64,000 nt of DNA from Candidatus Latescibacterota bacterium. GTDB taxonomy: Bacteria > Krumholzibacteriota > Krumholzibacteriia > WVZY01. The notes beneath the pieces were generated by a model. The model was given only the letters and a program-made list of their open reading frames with translations, searched no databases and was not told the origin of the DNA. Position 1 is the first letter of the stretch, and each line of letters begins with the position of its first letter. A program made the position numbers and the translations under genes. This document shows, one piece after another, positions 29,593-40,247 of this stretch. The DNA lies in the NCBI GenBank assembly GCA_963791045.1, contig CAWBQK010000015.1:128001-192000 (forward strand), written 5' to 3'.

Positions 29593-30413
29593 TGCGCAAG
29601 CCCCTTTCGGAGTGACTCAAAAAATCCTCGACCGGGACCCGGGAGATACATGGAATCTCCGCCGGCCGTCTCACGTGTCCGCCCCCACACACCACCCATG
29701 CGTCTCGGCACCTGGTGAAGCCATGTGGCGCGCTCGGGGTGCGGCATAAGAGCCAAAACATTGCCACCGGGGTTTGTCACACCGGCAATAGCAAGGAACG
29801 AACCGTTTGGATTGTCGGGGAATGTCTCCGCCGTGCGGCCGTCGGCCGACGCGTAGAGCACCGCTATGCCCTTTTGTGATTCGAGGCTGCCCGCAACACC
29901 CTTCGAGGCGGTTACAAATCGTCCCTCGGCGTGGGCGAGCGGCACCGGAACCGTCCCCGCGTCGTCGTCGAGGCCGTCGAAAAAATCGGTGAATATGCTC
30001 GGCGCGGGCCCCTTCTTCAAACGGACCCAGTTGCAATAGTATCCGCTCCGGTCCGGCATCCGGTTCGGCGCAAGCGCCAGGTCGATCGCCCCGGATTCGA
30101 AACCAGGAACTGCGCCCGCTTCGACCAATATCTGCGCGCCGTTGCAGATTCCCATCACGGGAATGCCACGCTCGGCCGCTTCGAATACCGCGTCCATGAT
30201 CTGGTCCTTGGCGGCGACCACACCGGCGCGAATCCGGTCCTGATAGGAAAACCCGCCGGGGAGCACGATTGCCGCGGCGTCCCGGAGAGATTCGGCCGGA
30301 GCGTTCCAGCGGAGAATCCCCGCTTCGAGCCCAACCGCCTCGAGTGCAAGAACGGTTTCATACTCGCAGTTGACACCGGGAAACTGAATGACGACGACTT
30401 TACCCTTCATCAT
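29589..30413 (-). CDS. purQ: FGAM synthase glutaminase subunit
   Basis: FPG.NC, PGGFSY.D, GICNG.Q, AH.EG, NPNGS, MPHPER. Confidence 0.96.
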   Translation of the reverse strand: MMKGKVVVIQFPGVNCEYETVLALEAVGLEAGILRWNAPAESLRDAAAIVLPGGFSYQDRIRAGVVAAKDQIMDAVFEAAERGIPVMGICNGAQILVEAGAVPGFESGAIDLALAPNRMPDRSGYYCNWVRLKKGPAPSIFTDFFDGLDDDAGTVPVPLAHAEGRFVTASKGVAGSLESQKGIAVLYASADGRTAETFPDNPNGSFLAIAGVTNPGGNVLALMPHPERATWLHQVPRRMGGVWGRTRETAGGDSMYLPGPGRGFFESLRKGLAQ

Positions 30414-30419
30414 TATCCT

Positions 30420-32795
30420 CTATGCGAAAAGCGGGTTGCACTTGCCGTTGACACGGTGCGCCGAATCGATTTCGGCGACGGTCACGTTGACTTCTTCTCC
30501 GCCCCACTTTATGACGAGCGAGGCATCTTCGGTTGTTTCGCCGAGCGGCTGCCACGTTGTTCCATCCGCGGCGAGGTCCTTTGCGAAATCGTCCCAGCGG
30601 TCGGGAGCGATTTCAACGACGATGCCGCCAAACTCGCCAAAGAGATATGGCGCGGCGGCATCTCCATCGGGCACGACTCCAGTGAGATCAATCAGACACC
30701 CGCGCGGAGACGGCTCGCCGGCGATCATCATTTCTCCGAGTGTGACGGTAAGTCCGCCGTGGCTGATGTCGTGCGCGGCAAGGACGGCGCCGTTCGCGAC
30801 CCCGTCGATGAGCGATCGGATCATCGACGCTTCGCGGTCGAGATCGGGGGCGGGCGCATCGTACACGGCGTCCGGCATGAACCGGCGCGCGTATTTGCTT
30901 CCACCCAGACGGTCGTGGAGTTCACCGAGCAAGACCAGTTTTGATCCGGCGCGTTTGAACCCCATGTTCTTGCTCACACTGACGTCGTCAATTCGTCCCG
31001 CCGCGGCCACAATCGGCGTGGGAGCGATTGGTTGTCCGTTTTCGCTCTGGTTGTAGAACGAGACATTGCCCGACACAACGGGGATACCGTGATCGCCGTC
31101 GCGCGAAAGTTTAAGTCCTCTGCACGCGTCGCCGATTCCGCGCACGCCTTCGGAGAATTCCCAGAACACCTCTGGCTGTTCGGGATCTCCGTAGTTCAAA
31201 CAATCCGTGATCGCGAGAGTGCGACCGCCCACGCAGGCGACGTTTCTCACCGCTTCACACACCGACCACACACCACCGAGATACGGATCGACCGCCCCGA
31301 TTGCCGAGTCGCCACCAATACCCGCGGCGACACCAAAATTCTCGCCCCTCATAAAAACAGCGACGGCGGCGTCGGCTTCACCCGGCCGGAGGACGGCCCG
31401 CCCCTGGACTTCACAATCGTAGTGCCGGAAGAGTATCGACTTGTCCGACACGTTGTACGACGAGAGAAGCTCGAGTAACGCGTCTCGCACCGGCGGCGCA
31501 ACGCTAGTGTCCGGTTTGTCCGCGGGCTTTTTCGCCCTGGGCGCGGACTCGCGGTCGTACTCGATTCCCGTGGTGATAACGTCGACATGCGCGTCACATA
31601 CGACTTCCGACCCGCGGGTCAGCTTGAATCTCAGGTCGTCGGTGACGCGACCGATCACGAAGGCGCCCGCGCCCGCATAAATGTGCGGCAAGTCAAAATC
31701 TTCGTTGTAAATCTTTAAGACGGCAGGTGTGAAATCAGTGGGCACAAACAGCGCGTACCGTTCCTGGGTTTCCGAACAGGCGATAACCTCGGACAGGAGA
31801 GAATCCGACGACTTGTGTACATCATCGAGGTTGAGTGTCGCGCCCACACCGCCGGCCTGAGCCATTTCCGACACCGCGCAGGCGATCCCGCCGGCGCCGA
31901 GATCCTTGAAACCGATCGGAATACCGAGCCTCTTTGTCTCGGCAAGAACCACCTTGGTCGCTTCGGCAAGCACCCGTTTGAGGAACGGGTCGGGCACCTG
32001 GACGGCTTCCTGGCGCTCCTTCTCCTCGTCGCCGCTTAGTCTTTCCGACGCGAATGCGGCGCCGCCAAAACCCGATGCGTCGGTGGGCTTGCCGATCAAA
32101 ATAATATCGAAGGGCTGTGTCTTCGCCGCGTCGGGCGCCCGGCTCCTGATCATGTCTTCCTCCGCCACGATGCCGAGCGCCACCACATTGACGAGACAGT
32201 TATCGTCGTAAGTCGCATCGAAGTAGGTGTCGCCGCCCCAGTTAGGGACGCCGAGGGCGTTCCCGTATTGCGCAATTCCATCAACCACGCCGCGAACGAT
32301 ATCGCGGACGCGTTTGGCGTTGGGCCCGTCGGGATCGCCAAACCGGAGGGGGTCCATCACGCCGATCACGTCGGCTCCCATACAATAAACATCGCGGACG
32401 ATTCCACCGATCCCCGTAGCGGCGCCCTCGACGGGGAGCACTTGCGACGGGTGGTTGTGGCTTTCGTGCGCGAGCACGAGACAGTAATCTTTGCCGTCTT
32501 TTTTGCAGAACCGGACGACACCGGCATCTTCACCGGGTCCGAGAACCACGTCGGGGCTTTTTGTCGGGAGGAATTTCTTGAGCGCAGGGCGTGAGCTCTT
32601 GTACGAGCAGTGCTCGCTCCACATGATATTAAAAATATGGAGTTCGACACGCGATGGATTGCGCTCGAAAAGTTCGCGGATACGGACGAGTTCGTTGGGT
32701 TTCAAGCTGATGTTCTGCTCGACGAGAAACGTCTTGAGTTCCGGCGCTTCGGGGTTTTCGAGATTGACGGTATTTTCGAGTTGATCGTTTTTCAT
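30420..32795 (-). CDS. purL: FGAM synthase synthetase subunit (small PurL)
   Basis: WSEHCSYKSS, ESHNHPS, DLGAGG, SETQER, VSGNVSFYN, HDIS.GG. Confidence 0.97.
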   Translation of the reverse strand: MKNDQLENTVNLENPEAPELKTFLVEQNISLKPNELVRIRELFERNPSRVELHIFNIMWSEHCSYKSSRPALKKFLPTKSPDVVLGPGEDAGVVRFCKKDGKDYCLVLAHESHNHPSQVLPVEGAATGIGGIVRDVYCMGADVIGVMDPLRFGDPDGPNAKRVRDIVRGVVDGIAQYGNALGVPNWGGDTYFDATYDDNCLVNVVALGIVAEEDMIRSRAPDAAKTQPFDIILIGKPTDASGFGGAAFASERLSGDEEKERQEAVQVPDPFLKRVLAEATKVVLAETKRLGIPIGFKDLGAGGIACAVSEMAQAGGVGATLNLDDVHKSSDSLLSEVIACSETQERYALFVPTDFTPAVLKIYNEDFDLPHIYAGAGAFVIGRVTDDLRFKLTRGSEVVCDAHVDVITTGIEYDRESAPRAKKPADKPDTSVAPPVRDALLELLSSYNVSDKSILFRHYDCEVQGRAVLRPGEADAAVAVFMRGENFGVAAGIGGDSAIGAVDPYLGGVWSVCEAVRNVACVGGRTLAITDCLNYGDPEQPEVFWEFSEGVRGIGDACRGLKLSRDGDHGIPVVSGNVSFYNQSENGQPIAPTPIVAAAGRIDDVSVSKNMGFKRAGSKLVLLGELHDRLGGSKYARRFMPDAVYDAPAPDLDREASMIRSLIDGVANGAVLAAHDISHGGLTVTLGEMMIAGEPSPRGCLIDLTGVVPDGDAAAPYLFGEFGGIVVEIAPDRWDDFAKDLAADGTTWQPLGETTEDASLVIKWGGEEVNVTVAEIDSAHRVNGKCNPLFA

Positions 32796-32908
32796 ATTGT
32801 ATCTCGGGCTGGCTGAGCGGTTTTAAAGGGCCGTGACCGGGGAGAAAAGACAGACGCCGCGGCGGGAGATCGTCGCGACGTTTGAATTTTTACCGGGAAA
32901 GCGGAAGC

Positions 32909-34198
32909 TTACAACACACGGTCGAAAATTGCATCCACTTCTTTAATAAAATTATCCAGCGTAAAGATTTCGGCGATCTTGTCTTCGGGGAGCCGGGATG
33001 TGATCTCGGTTTCGGCCCGCACGGACTCCTCGAACGGAGCCCCCGTCTCCCATGTTTTCATCGCCGCCGTCTGGACCCATTTGTAGGCTTCCTCGCGTGA
33101 AATCTCGGCACGCGTCAACTCGAGCATGAGCTTCTGCGAAAAGACCAGGCCGTTTGTCTTTTCCAGGTTCGTCATCATGTTCTCGGGATAAACGAGCAGG
33201 TTCTTGACGACCCAGGTGAATTTCTCGAGCATGTAATCCATCCCGATCGTCACATCGGGGAGGATGACGCGTTCGACGGACGAGTGGCTGATATCGCGTT
33301 CGTGCCAAAGGACCACATTCTCCATCGCGGCCAGCGAATGTCCGCGGACGAGACGCGCGAGACCCGACACGCGCTCCGAGATGATCGGGTTACGTTTGTG
33401 GGGCATCGCCGAGCTGCCCTTCTGCCCTTTCTGGAAAAATTCCTCGACCTCGAGAACATCCGTCCGCTGGAGATTTCTGATCTCGGTGGCCATCTTATCG
33501 AGCGAGGAAGCCAGAACGGCGAGCGTGGTCACGTATTCGGCGTGTCGGTCGCGCTGAACGATCTGGGTCGACACCGGGGCAACGCCCAGCCCGAGTTTGC
33601 CCAGGACATACTCTTCGACACGCCGGTCCAGGTGGGCATAAGTGCCTACGGCGCCTGAAATCTTGCCGAACGAAATCGTCTCCATCGCGTTCGCGAACGC
33701 TTTTTCCCGCCGCTGAATCTCGTCGTACCACAGGAGCATCTTGAGACCAAAGGTAATCGGTTCCGCGTGAATCCCGTGGGTGCGGCCGATCATCACTGTT
33801 TTCTTGTGTTCGAGCGCCCGGTCCTTGAGGGCTGCTTTCAACCGCCCGAGCTGCTGGAGGATGATTTCACCCGCCTGCTTGAGCTGGCAGGAGAGGGTGG
33901 TGTCGAGGAGGTCGGAGCTCGTCATCCCCACGTGGATGAATCGCGATTCGGGGCCGACGTGTTCCGCCACGCTGGTCAGGAACGCGATCACGTCGTGGTG
34001 CGTAACTGCCTCGATCTCGAGGATGCGCTTTATGTCGAAATCCCCTTTGGACTTGATCACTTCGACGGCGTCCCTCGGGATTTCACCCAGGTCGGCCAAC
34101 GCTTCGCACGCGAGAATCTCGATCTTGAGCCATGTCCTGAATTTGTTTTCTTCCGACCAGACGGCCCCCATTTCGGGCCGTGTGTACCGTTCAATCAT
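32909..34198 (-). CDS. purB: Adenylosuccinate lyase
   Basis: MIERY, GRTHG.HAEP, GSSAMPHKRNP. Confidence 0.98.
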   Translation of the reverse strand: MIERYTRPEMGAVWSEENKFRTWLKIEILACEALADLGEIPRDAVEVIKSKGDFDIKRILEIEAVTHHDVIAFLTSVAEHVGPESRFIHVGMTSSDLLDTTLSCQLKQAGEIILQQLGRLKAALKDRALEHKKTVMIGRTHGIHAEPITFGLKMLLWYDEIQRREKAFANAMETISFGKISGAVGTYAHLDRRVEEYVLGKLGLGVAPVSTQIVQRDRHAEYVTTLAVLASSLDKMATEIRNLQRTDVLEVEEFFQKGQKGSSAMPHKRNPIISERVSGLARLVRGHSLAAMENVVLWHERDISHSSVERVILPDVTIGMDYMLEKFTWVVKNLLVYPENMMTNLEKTNGLVFSQKLMLELTRAEISREEAYKWVQTAAMKTWETGAPFEESVRAETEITSRLPEDKIAEIFTLDNFIKEVDAIFDRVL

Positions 34199-34234
34199 CT
34201 GTCCTCCAAATCGCGGGCTGGTTCGCCCGATCGC

Positions 34235-35467
34235 TCAGATTTCGTTTTGACGCTCCTCGAGTACGAGGGTGACCTGCTTGATGTCTCCCTCGCGCATGAT
34301 ATCAAATGTGAGCCGGTCCCCCACCTTCAAACCAAAAATCGTCCGGTTGGCGTCGCGTGTGGTGCTGACGCCGACTCCGTTCACCGAGGTAATGAGATCG
34401 CCCGGTTTGAGTCCCGCTTTGTCCGCCGGGCTTTCGAGTTGGATTTCCCTTATAAGAAGGCCTTCCTTCGCTTCCAGGTCGAGAGCGGTGGCGAATTCCG
34501 GTGTGACTTCCCTGACGGTGATACCCACCCAGACCTTGCGCACCCGGCCGTACTTCTGGATTTCTTCGAGGACCCACTTGCCGCGGTTGATCGGAATGGC
34601 AAAGCCCATCCCCAGGCTTCCGCCGCCGCCGGCGGAAAAAATAAATGTGTTTATCCCGATGAGATCGCCCCTCGAATCGAGTAGCGGCCCGCCGGAGTTG
34701 CCGGGATTGATCGCCGCGTCTGTCTGGATCATGTCCTTGAATACACGCTGGTCGTTGCCCCCGCCTTTGACATCGCGGTGGAGCGCGCTGATCACGCCGA
34801 CGGTGACGGTTGGCTGCGTATCGCGGAGCAGCTGTCCGAATGGGCTTCCGATAGCGATGGCCCACTCGCCGACCATCAGCGAGTCCGAGTCGCCAAGGCC
34901 GACCTTCGAGTAACCGGCGCCGTCGATCTTGACGAGCGCGATGTCGTAGTCGGGCGCGCTCCCCACGATATGACCTTCACGGGTCTCGCCGTTTTGAAGA
35001 GTGACCTCGATGACATCTGCGTTGTGGACGACGTGTTCGTTCGTGAGGACGTAGCCGTCTTCGTGGATGATCACTCCGGACCCGAGCGATGAATACTGTT
35101 TCTGATAGGTTTCGGGCATTCCAAAAAACTGCTCGAGCCATTCGCGGGCCACCGACGACCGGAACGGGTGCCTCTGGACGACTCTTGTGTAACGCGAAGC
35201 GATGCTGACGACGGCGGGCGCCGCTTTTTCCGTCGCCGTAACAATCGCGTTTCGCCGCCCGCTGGATATCGAGGGTGTCGTTGTGGGCGGGTTCGACGCA
35301 TGGACGTACGCCGGGGTCGTCGATGCGCCGCTATTCGCTTCATCGCCGCGGGAGGCTTTAAAAAAGAACACGCCCGAGACGATTATGAGCCCCAGCGAGA
35401 CGCCGAGCAGCGCCCCGAACACATAAGGTAGAAATTTGAATCGTTTGGGCTGGTCGATGAAATCCAT
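34235..35467 (-). CDS. HtrA/DegS-like serine protease with N-terminal anchor and one PDZ domain
   Basis: GSGVII, TNEHVV, DIAL, GNSGGPL; C-terminal PDZ (SPADKAGL). Confidence 0.93.
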   Translation of the reverse strand: MDFIDQPKRFKFLPYVFGALLGVSLGLIIVSGVFFFKASRGDEANSGASTTPAYVHASNPPTTTPSISSGRRNAIVTATEKAAPAVVSIASRYTRVVQRHPFRSSVAREWLEQFFGMPETYQKQYSSLGSGVIIHEDGYVLTNEHVVHNADVIEVTLQNGETREGHIVGSAPDYDIALVKIDGAGYSKVGLGDSDSLMVGEWAIAIGSPFGQLLRDTQPTVTVGVISALHRDVKGGGNDQRVFKDMIQTDAAINPGNSGGPLLDSRGDLIGINTFIFSAGGGGSLGMGFAIPINRGKWVLEEIQKYGRVRKVWVGITVREVTPEFATALDLEAKEGLLIREIQLESPADKAGLKPGDLITSVNGVGVSTTRDANRTIFGLKVGDRLTFDIMREGDIKQVTLVLEERQNEI

Positions 35468-35599
35468 TATTGATCACGTCCTTCGCGGTCTCCACGGTTT
35501 CTAATATCCCGGAATTCTTATGATAAGAAATGCGAGGCTCCAAGTCCAAAGCCAATTCTATGGATGGTCCCCGGTTCTTCGCGGGAGCATCGGCGCGTA

Positions 35600-36334
35600 T
35601 CAGCCGTCGTACTCGACCTCCGCCAGAAATAGCCCATTCGGCGGAACTGTCCGCCCGGCGGCCCCACGATCCTTTTTACACAGAATCGCCTCCATATGTT
35701 CCGGTTGCCATTTTCCCCGGCCCACTTCAATCAGTGTTCCGACGATCACACGAACCATATTGTGGAGAAAGTGATCGGCGCGGACGGTGATCGCGATGAC
35801 CCCGTCTTCTTCATCGACGGAGAGCTCGCGCAGATCGCACGTCGGCGGGACGCCCGTCCAGCGGGTCGGCGTGAAACTCGTGAAATCTCTTTGGCCGACG
35901 AGATGGGCCGCTGCCCGCCTCATCGCTTCAATATCGAGAGAAAAAGTGACGACATGGGCGTACCGCCTCCATATCGCCGATGGTTCGGTCCTCAGATAGT
36001 AAACATAACGCCTGCCGGTCGCGCTGAACCGCGCGTGAAAATCGTCGCCGACCTCCTCGACTTCGCGGATCCGGATATCTTCCGGGAGACGCGAGGAGAG
36101 CGCTCCGCCGATCTGCCTGGGAGCCCTGGCTGTATCGACGGCAAAGTGGAACACCTGCCCCAAGGCGTGAACACCCGCGTCGGTCCGTCCCGCGCCATAA
36201 ATTGTAATTCGTTTTTGCAAAATCGATTCGATGGCATCTTCGATGACGCCCTGGACCGTTCTTAATCCCGGCTGTATTTGCCAACCGTGGAAATCGGTGC
36301 CGTCGTATTCAACTTTGAGTTTGAAGTGTCGCAT
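35600..36334 (-). CDS. truA: tRNA pseudouridine(38-40) synthase
   Basis: YDGT.F.GWQ, GRTDAGVHA, FL..MVR. Confidence 0.97.
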   Translation of the reverse strand: MRHFKLKVEYDGTDFHGWQIQPGLRTVQGVIEDAIESILQKRITIYGAGRTDAGVHALGQVFHFAVDTARAPRQIGGALSSRLPEDIRIREVEEVGDDFHARFSATGRRYVYYLRTEPSAIWRRYAHVVTFSLDIEAMRRAAAHLVGQRDFTSFTPTRWTGVPPTCDLRELSVDEEDGVIAITVRADHFLHNMVRVIVGTLIEVGRGKWQPEHMEAILCKKDRGAAGRTVPPNGLFLAEVEYDG

Positions 36335-36354
36335 GATTTCTTTGCCTAAACGGG

Positions 36355-37134
36355 TCAGACGATTTTTGCCGCGGCAATTATTATAATCAACGTCGCCGTG
36401 ACAAACAAATAGTCGCGCTGAGTCGGCCGATCCAGTATCAGTATGTTTCCAATCGTTGTCTTGACGTCGCGGAGTTCGACGGCCATCGCCAAATGCTCCG
36501 AGCGATGGATCGCCGACACAAACATGGGCACGAGAAGGAGCCTGGCGCCTCTGAGCTTGCTCCCCAGTCCGCCCTCGAGCCCTCCCCCACGGAATTTCTG
36601 CGCTGTACGGACACGTTCGAGTTCATCCGCAAAGAGCGGCAGGAATCCGAACGACAAAAACACGTAAAGCGCAACGCGTCTCGCGAAATCCGGCGAAAAC
36701 GGGCGGAGAAACCCGGACAGACCTCGCGCCATTTCTTCCGGCGACACAACGGCAAGAAATACCACGGCGCCAAAATAGAGTATCAACACACGGACCGCGC
36801 TGTGGATCCCGCTTGTGATTCCCTCACGAGTAGGAATCGAAAAACCCGACACCAGAGACTCACCGCTCACCATCACCGCATTGATCGCGATTATGAGGAG
36901 AACAAAAGCGCCAATACTCTTTCCATTTTTAATCAGTGTTCTTATTGGAATTCCCGCCAGATGGGCGAGCATCAAAACGTATGCGAAGACGAATACCAGT
37001 CCGGGCGTCTGCGGGATGACAAATGCGGACACCGTTATCAAAAGAAAACCGGCGATGAGAAACCTCGGGTCGCCGGCAATAAACCTGGCGGGCCCCGTGC
37101 GGTTCGCCGGGTTGTATAGATGATGCTTCATCAT
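36355..37134 (-). CDS. ECF transporter transmembrane T component (EcfT/CbiQ family)
   Basis: DPR motif, several TMs, coupling helices AQKFRG and AMAVELR. Confidence 0.85.
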   Translation of the reverse strand: MMKHHLYNPANRTGPARFIAGDPRFLIAGFLLITVSAFVIPQTPGLVFVFAYVLMLAHLAGIPIRTLIKNGKSIGAFVLLIIAINAVMVSGESLVSGFSIPTREGITSGIHSAVRVLILYFGAVVFLAVVSPEEMARGLSGFLRPFSPDFARRVALYVFLSFGFLPLFADELERVRTAQKFRGGGLEGGLGSKLRGARLLLVPMFVSAIHRSEHLAMAVELRDVKTTIGNILILDRPTQRDYLFVTATLIIIIAAAKIV

Positions 37135-38139
37135 CCGATCATCAGCTCGCCGATCTGGACGGAATTCGTGGCCGCGCCTTTACGGAGGTTGTCTCCCACG
37201 GCCCAGAACGACAGCGCGTGTGGGCGGGTCGTGTCACGGCGAAGCCGACCGACGAGGATGTCATCCCTGCCCTCGACATCGAGGGGCGTTGGTATTTCTC
37301 CCGTGTATTCGACACCCGGCGCGTCTTGCCACAGCTTGACCGCTTCGTCCACCGACAGCGCCGCCGTCAGCTCAATGTTAATCGACAGCGCGTGACCGAC
37401 ACGCGTCGGCACCCTCACGGCGGTCGGGACCACACACATCGCCACGCTGCCGAGAATCTTTTGGGTCTCTTCTACTATTTTCTCTTCTTCTTTTGTGTAT
37501 CCGGATTCCCTGACGTCTCCGATCACAGGAAAGCAGTTGAACGCGATCTGCTTGGGAAGAACTTTCGCTTCAATTGGTTTTTTCGCCGCGTCCGCCTCGA
37601 CTTGTGTTTCCAGTTCGTCCAGCAGATCTTTGCCCGCGCCGGAGACCGACTGGAACGACGTCACCACCACTCGCTCTATCGCGACGGCCCGGTGGATCGG
37701 CGCGAGCGCCATCACCAGCGCGACCGCCGCACAATTCGGACACGCGACAAGAGTTGATTCGGGGGTTACCAGCGAGCCGTTTATTTCGGGGACCACCAGT
37801 GGAACGTATTCGTCCATTCGATACGCCGTGGTGTTGTCAACGACGCGACACCCTGCCTCCACCGCTTTTGGCACGAGCGTCTCACTCACCCCTGCGCCCG
37901 CCGTAAAAAACCCGATGTCTATTCCTTTGAAATCAATTTCGTCCACGGTTCGAACCGGCCAGGTGTTTCCGAATGCCTCGACGGTTTGACCCTTCGACGC
38001 CTGCGTCGCTATGGGCAAGAAATCCCCAACCGGGAAACTCGCGTTCTTCAAGTATCCGGGCTATCGTCAGGCCCACGACGCCCGTGCCGCCAACGACGGC
38101 AACTGTTTTGCTTGAATTCTTTTTGTTGTCGTTCGTCAT
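37131..38139 (-). CDS. asd: Aspartate-semialdehyde dehydrogenase, split by a 1-nt frameshift near 38031-38037
   Basis: Rossmann motif VAVVGGTGVVG..LEEREFP in ORF 37933-38139; PNC, QSVSGAG, VRVP..GH and DNLRKGAATN in ORF 37131-38051. Removing one base in TTTCCC joins them. Confidence 0.9.
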
Positions 38140-38250
38140 GTCTTTGTGTGGGTGGGGGGCTTTCTTTTTTCCCGATTTGGACGGCCGGCGTGTGGCCCTG
38201 TTGTTTTTTGCTTGTTTTTGTCCGGCGAGAACACGCCTTTGTTGTCATGC

Positions 38251-38280
38251 ACCGTATCACAGAATTTTTGTGTGTGTCAA
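38251..38280 (-). promoter_or_regulatory. Candidate sigma70 promoter for the asd operon
   Basis: TTGACA-N18-TACGGT with a TGn extension, about 110 nt upstream of the asd ATG. Confidence 0.45.
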
Positions 38281-38658
38281 TCATGGGCCAGACGGCCGGT
38301 TTCCGGGGTCTGCTTTGGCTCCATATCGCTCATCGCACGCGCGCTGGCGTGGATGCTGCGGCGGCCGCCCTCTTCCGCCGGATCGGCACTGTCTTTTTGT
38401 CGGTCATCTTCCGGCGAGCTTATGCCGCGCGTATGCCGCTTATGCCGTCGTAACTTTTTTTGTTCTCGGTTGATTTTCCAGAAGTTTTTTCTTGACGGTT
38501 TTTTGAACGCAACTTTTTGCGGGCTGTGATCGTGTCGTGTTTTTGTGTTGTACGCCTGTCTATGCGTGATGTCGGCGTCTTGATTTTATCGAGACGTTTT
38601 TGTTTTGTTGGGTCGTGTTATGCTTTGTCGCGCGTCGTGCGAACGCCAAAAACCCTCG

Positions 38659-38687
38659 TGTTATAATGCTAGTGTAACCATGGGAGG
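38659..38687 (+). promoter_or_regulatory. Extended -10 promoter and RBS of the HNH gene
   Basis: TGtTATAAT at 38659-38667; GGAGG at 38683-38687 ahead of ATG 38691/38694. Confidence 0.65.
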
Positions 38688-40052
38688 TTGATGATGATCG
38701 CACGTGAACAACTTCGTCTCAAGAAGCTCTCCGACAAGACACTCCTCCAGTCGCTCGACTCCCTCGTCGGAAAAGAAAAGAACTCGACCCTCGCCGTTCT
38801 TCTTCATTTGATCGAACTCGATCGCCGGCGAACGTATCTCAGTCTTGGATTCCGTTCGCTCTTCGAGTACTGCACCCAGCATCTCAAGTACTCATCCTCT
38901 TCCGCGGGACGCCGTATCCATACGGCACGGTGCGTCGCTCGTTTCCCTGAGATCTACGAACTTCTCGTCAAAGGATCGGTAAACCTGAGCACCGTCTCGC
39001 AGGTCTCGGCGATTTTGAACGAGAGAAACAAGGATGAACTTCTCAGGGGGATCCAGGGCAAGTCCCAGCGTCAGGTCGAGCGTTTAATCTCGGTGTTTCA
39101 GCCGCCGTCGGCGTATCGCGATACGGTGAAGCCCGTTCGCGTGGCCGTCGCGGCGAAACCACCGGAATCCGGAACGCCCACGGCTGCCATGGCAACTCGC
39201 TCGGTCTTTGCCGTGACCTCGGTGACCCATAAAACCACGACAGAGCCTGGATTGGCGACCGACCCGGCCGGCGGTCAAAACTGGACCTCTTTGTCCAATT
39301 CCTCCCGCAGCGGGAGTAAACCGACTAATGGGTATATGGTGCAATCGAAAGCACACACACAAGATACGCCATCCGCCGGTGATTCTGCCGCCAATGAAGC
39401 CGCGGATTGCGGGGCAAAAAGCTGTTACGAGCAAAAGCTTCTGATCCGGTTTTTGGCGAGTTGTGGCTTCAAGAAGAAGTACGACGAGGCCTGTTCACTC
39501 CTGTCGAACCGATTGCCCAATCAAACCTTTGAGGCGGTCTTCGAAGTCGTACTAGATGAGTTCATCGATCGGCACAGCCCGGAGGCGCGCCACAAACGAC
39601 GGGAGAAACGCCGGACCAAGAAGCTCGAGGAACAAAACGAGAAACAAGATCGGGAACCCAAGCGCAAAGAAAAGACTGACGCGGACAAACGACGAAACGA
39701 TAAGCAGAAACCCACGGGAAAAGGAGGGGCTGTCGGGAACGAACGACGAACAGAGAAGCGGCAGCCCGCTATTGCTCGTATGGGCGCCGAAAACAAACGC
39801 GCGCGACACATCCCTGCGGCCGTACGAGACAACGTGTTCAAGCGCGACGGTGGGAAGTGCACGTTCATCGGCAAAGATAACAAACGCTGCAACTCGACTT
39901 GGGGGCTCGAGATCGACCACATCAAACCATTCGCGCGGGGCGGCGGGAACACTAGAGAAAACCTGAGGCTTCTTTGCGGGAGACATAATCGTCTGGCCGC
40001 CGAGAAGGTTTACGGCAAAGGGTTCATGAAAGGGCACTACAAGAGAGAATAG
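38688..40052 (+). CDS. HNH endonuclease with DUF222-like helical N-terminus and low-complexity K/R/E linker
   Basis: C-terminal R.IPAAVR..V..RDGGKC..C..LEIDHI.P.A.GG..ENL.LLC..HN. N-terminal LSD..L..LV..E..HL.E.D.RR..GF.SLF.YC..L.YS..A.RR is typical of dispersed stand-alone HNH genes. Confidence 0.88.
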   Translation: MMMIAREQLRLKKLSDKTLLQSLDSLVGKEKNSTLAVLLHLIELDRRRTYLSLGFRSLFEYCTQHLKYSSSSAGRRIHTARCVARFPEIYELLVKGSVNLSTVSQVSAILNERNKDELLRGIQGKSQRQVERLISVFQPPSAYRDTVKPVRVAVAAKPPESGTPTAAMATRSVFAVTSVTHKTTTEPGLATDPAGGQNWTSLSNSSRSGSKPTNGYMVQSKAHTQDTPSAGDSAANEAADCGAKSCYEQKLLIRFLASCGFKKKYDEACSLLSNRLPNQTFEAVFEVVLDEFIDRHSPEARHKRREKRRTKKLEEQNEKQDREPKRKEKTDADKRRNDKQKPTGKGGAVGNERRTEKRQPAIARMGAENKRARHIPAAVRDNVFKRDGGKCTFIGKDNKRCNSTWGLEIDHIKPFARGGGNTRENLRLLCGRHNRLAAEKVYGKGFMKGHYKRE

Positions 40053-40247
40053 ATGTGGCTCGATTTGGAGACCGGCGCCGGGCATGCAAGCGCACAGCAG
40101 ACCGCAATACCACCCCAACGGCAAAAAGAACAACTGCTTGACACTTTTCGAGTTGGCATGAAATAGTCAGGCAGCCGAAACACGCCAGACCAGGATTCCG
40201 AACCGCGTCAAAAACCGCCCGGTTAACAAGAGGATACGAGGCCAAAA

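Noticed and set aside
38048-38529. Small ORFs in the skewed region (38048-38284 -, 38146-38529 +, 37986-38453 +)
   Set aside because: Their Lys-rich or Phe/Cys-rich composition follows from the nucleotide skew; no RBS or motifs support them.
38688-40052. IscB/Cas9-like RNA-guided nuclease
   Set aside because: No PLMP or RuvC motifs were seen; the HNH domain is C-terminal and follows a helical domain.
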